A stretch of 64,000 nucleotides of DNA from Candidatus Accumulibacter sp. ACC003 (GTDB lineage: Bacteria > Pseudomonadota > Gammaproteobacteria > Burkholderiales > Rhodocyclaceae): positions 140,956-204,955 of the forward strand of contig NZ_CAJQTX010000004.1 in assembly GCF_907163085.1 (NCBI RefSeq), written 5' to 3'. Shown here one piece after another: positions 61,696 through 64,000 of the stretch. How positions within the stretch are numbered: position 1 is the first letter of the stretch; every line of letters begins with the position of its first letter. The notes beneath the pieces were generated by a model. The model had not been told where the DNA came from. It ran no database searches and was given only the letters and a program-made list of their open reading frames with translations. Both the position numbers and the translations under genes were made by a program.

Positions 61696-64000
61696 TTGAG
61701 CAACTTCATCGTACGCAAGGCCGCGGTACTCGGCGCGGGTGTGATGGGCGCGCAGATTGCCGCGCATCTCGCCAATGCCGAAGTGCCGGTGCTGCTTTTC
61801 GACCTGCCAGCCCGGGAAGGCGACGCCAACGCGATCGTCAACCGCGCCATCGAAGGACTCCGCAAGCTCGAACCGTCGCCGCTGGCCAGCAAGGATCGTA
61901 TCGCCTACATCGACGCGGCCAATTACGCGCAGCACCTCGAGCAACTGCGCGACTGTGACCTGATCATCGAGGCGATCGCCGAGAAGACCGAGTGGAAAGA
62001 CGATCTGTATCGCCAGATCGCCCCCTTCGTGTCGCCCGACGCGATCATCGCCTCGAACACCTCGGGCCTGTCGATCAACCGGCTGTCGGAAGGTTTGCCC
62101 GAGGCCTTGCGTTCGCGCTTCTGTGGCATTCACTTCTTCAATCCGCCGCGCTACATGCACCTGGTCGAGCTGATCGCGACGCGCCGTAGCGATCCCGAGC
62201 TGCTCGATAATCTCGAATCGTGGCTGGTTTCGCGTCTCGGTAAGGGCATCGTTCGCGCGCTCGACACGCCGAACTTTGTCGCCAATCGCGTCGGCGTTTT
62301 CTCGATGCTGGCGGTGATCCATCATACGCAGCGGCTGGGACTCGGTTTCGACCTCGTCGATGCGCTGACCGGTCCGATCATCGGCCGCCCGAAGAGCGCC
62401 ACCTACCGAACCGCCGACGTCGTCGGTCTCGATACCCTGGCGCACGTCATCAAGACCATGCAGGACACCCTGCCCGACGACCCCTGGCATGGCCATTACG
62501 CCGTTCCGGAATGGCTGGCGGCCTTGATCGCCAAGGGTGCGCTCGGCCAGAAGACGCGCTGCGGCATCTTCCGCAAGGACGGACGCGCGATCAAGGTCCT
62601 CGACCTCGCCGCGCAGGACTATCGTGAGAGCGCTGCCGAGATTGATCCGGCGGTGCTGGCGATCCTCAAGAATCGCGATCCGGCCGAGAAGTTCGCGCAG
62701 CTGCGCGCCAGCGAGCATCCGCAGGCGCTCTTCCTGTGGTCGATCTTCCGCGACATCTTTCATTACGCGGCCTTTCACCTTGCCGGCATCGCCGACAATG
62801 CCCGCGATGTCGACCTGGCGATGCGCTGGGGTTTCGGCTGGACGCAGGGTCCGTTCGAGAGCTGGCAGGCGGCTGGCTGGTCGGCGATCGCCGCAGCGGT
62901 CAAGGCCGACGTCGAGGCCGGCCGGGCGATGAGCACGGCGGCGTTGCCGGCGTGGGTCTTCGGCCAGGTCGCACAGAACGGCGTGCATACGCCGCAGGGA
63001 TCGTACTCGGCAAGCGCCGACGCGTATCGACCGCGCTCGAGCTTACCGGTCTATCGCCGTCAGATTTTCCCCGAGCGGGTGTTGAGCGAACGCGCGGTCG
63101 CCGGCTCGACGGTGTGGGAAAACGAAGGCGTGCGCCTATGGACGCTGCCCGAGCTTGACGACGGCGTCGCCATCGTCAGCGTCAAGACCAGGAACCATAC
63201 GCTCGGGCGGCAGGTGATCGTCGGCCTGCAGGAAGCCGTAGCGCGTGCCGAGGCTGATTTCAGCGCCTTGGTGCTGTGGCACGAAGCACCGTTCGCCTTC
63301 GGTGCGAACCTCAAGGAAGTCACCGAGGCGATCGCCGCTGGCGAGTTCGATTTGCTGGAGAAGTTCGTTGGCGAGTTCCAGAACGCGTCGATGGCGCTGA
63401 AATACGCCAAGGTGCCGGTGATCGCCGCCGTACAGGGCCTGGCGCTGGGCGGCGGCTGCGAGTTCCTGATGCACGCCGCCAAGCGGGTGATCCTGCTCGA
63501 GAGTTACATCGGCCTGGTCGAAGCCGGTGTCGGTCTGATCCCGGCTGGCGGTGGCTGCAAGGAGTTCGCGATCCGCGCCGCGCACTACGCGGCGAAGGCC
63601 GCCGGCAACGATCCCTTCGAGTTCATCCAGCCGGTGTTCATGACCATCGCCATGGCAACGGTCTCGAAGAGCGGCGCGCAGGCCCGCGAACTCGGCTTCG
63701 CGCTTGACTCGGACAAGATCGTCTTCAACGCCAACGAACTGCTCTACGTCGCGCTGCGCGAGGCGCGCGGACTCGCCGACGCCGGCTACTACCCGCGCCT
63801 GTCGCCGCGCCGGGTCAAGGTCGCCGGCCGCAGCGGCATCGCCAACTGCGAAATGATCCTGGCCAACATGAAAGAGGGCGGCATGATTTCGGCACACGAC
63901 TACGCGGTCGCCAAAGCCGCCGCCACCGCGCTCTGCGGCGGCGACGTCGAGACCGGCTCGCTGGTCGACGAGCAGTGGCTGTTGAGCGTCGAGCGGCAGC
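61696..64000 (+). CDS. 3-hydroxyacyl-CoA dehydrogenase / enoyl-CoA hydratase (FadN-like), runs off the window end
   Basis: TTG start after AAGGAGG; AVLGAGVMGAQIAAH, SNTSG, HFFNPPRYM.LVE, F.ANR.G, LGGGCE, GLVE.GVG..P.GGG; no stop before 64000. Confidence 0.92.
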   Translation, partial: MSNFIVRKAAVLGAGVMGAQIAAHLANAEVPVLLFDLPAREGDANAIVNRAIEGLRKLEPSPLASKDRIAYIDAANYAQHLEQLRDCDLIIEAIAEKTEWKDDLYRQIAPFVSPDAIIASNTSGLSINRLSEGLPEALRSRFCGIHFFNPPRYMHLVELIATRRSDPELLDNLESWLVSRLGKGIVRALDTPNFVANRVGVFSMLAVIHHTQRLGLGFDLVDALTGPIIGRPKSATYRTADVVGLDTLAHVIKTMQDTLPDDPWHGHYAVPEWLAALIAKGALGQKTRCGIFRKDGRAIKVLDLAAQDYRESAAEIDPAVLAILKNRDPAEKFAQLRASEHPQALFLWSIFRDIFHYAAFHLAGIADNARDVDLAMRWGFGWTQGPFESWQAAGWSAIAAAVKADVEAGRAMSTAALPAWVFGQVAQNGVHTPQGSYSASADAYRPRSSLPVYRRQIFPERVLSERAVAGSTVWENEGVRLWTLPELDDGVAIVSVKTRNHTLGRQVIVGLQEAVARAEADFSALVLWHEAPFAFGANLKEVTEAIAAGEFDLLEKFVGEFQNASMALKYAKVPVIAAVQGLALGGGCEFLMHAAKRVILLESYIGLVEAGVGLIPAGGGCKEFAIRAAHYAAKAAGNDPFEFIQPVFMTIAMATVSKSGAQARELGFALDSDKIVFNANELLYVALREARGLADAGYYPRLSPRRVKVAGRSGIANCEMILANMKEGGMISAHDYAVAKAAATALCGGDVETGSLVDEQWLLSVERQ

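Overview
GC-rich betaproteobacterial chromosome segment; gene content and style suggest Rhodocyclales / Ca. Accumulibacter-like (inference). Layout: (1) 1-6.7 kb small accessory genes mixed with 21-bp repeats and REP-like palindromes. (2) 7.0-13.9 kb nif accessory cluster split into two convergent operons (iscA-nifU-nifS and nifV-cysE-orf8-nifW-nifZ-nifM), each with a sigma54 promoter and NifA UAS. (3) 14.2-16.2 kb non-coding segment bracketed by a duplication of the hsp20 3' end, holding a DnaA-box palindrome cluster, a 42-bp tandem array and duplicated REP units. (4) 16.2-18.4 kb hsp20-hsp20 / cbpA-cbpM heat-shock module. (5) 18.7-47.6 kb decaying envelope-stress island (PepSY, COG4705, collapsed two-component system, MFS, DedA-PAP2-LssY, dgkA, type I secretion, PepSY, cytochrome b, Rpn nuclease) hit by seven IS insertions of three types, all with readable target-site duplications. 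(6) 47.6-64 kb fatty-acid beta-oxidation region with a TetR/PsrA-type operator, in which about 760 bp of anomalous DNA replaces the fadE 3' end and the 5' half of the thiolase gene. Best candidate for an undescribed system: two unrelated IS families (ISAs1, IS66) each carry a DUF4338 (DruA-like, probably Mom/GNAT-like) domain, in ISAs1 fused to the transposase through a conserved A-AAA-AAG -1 frameshift site. All family assignments are from motif recognition, not database searches.
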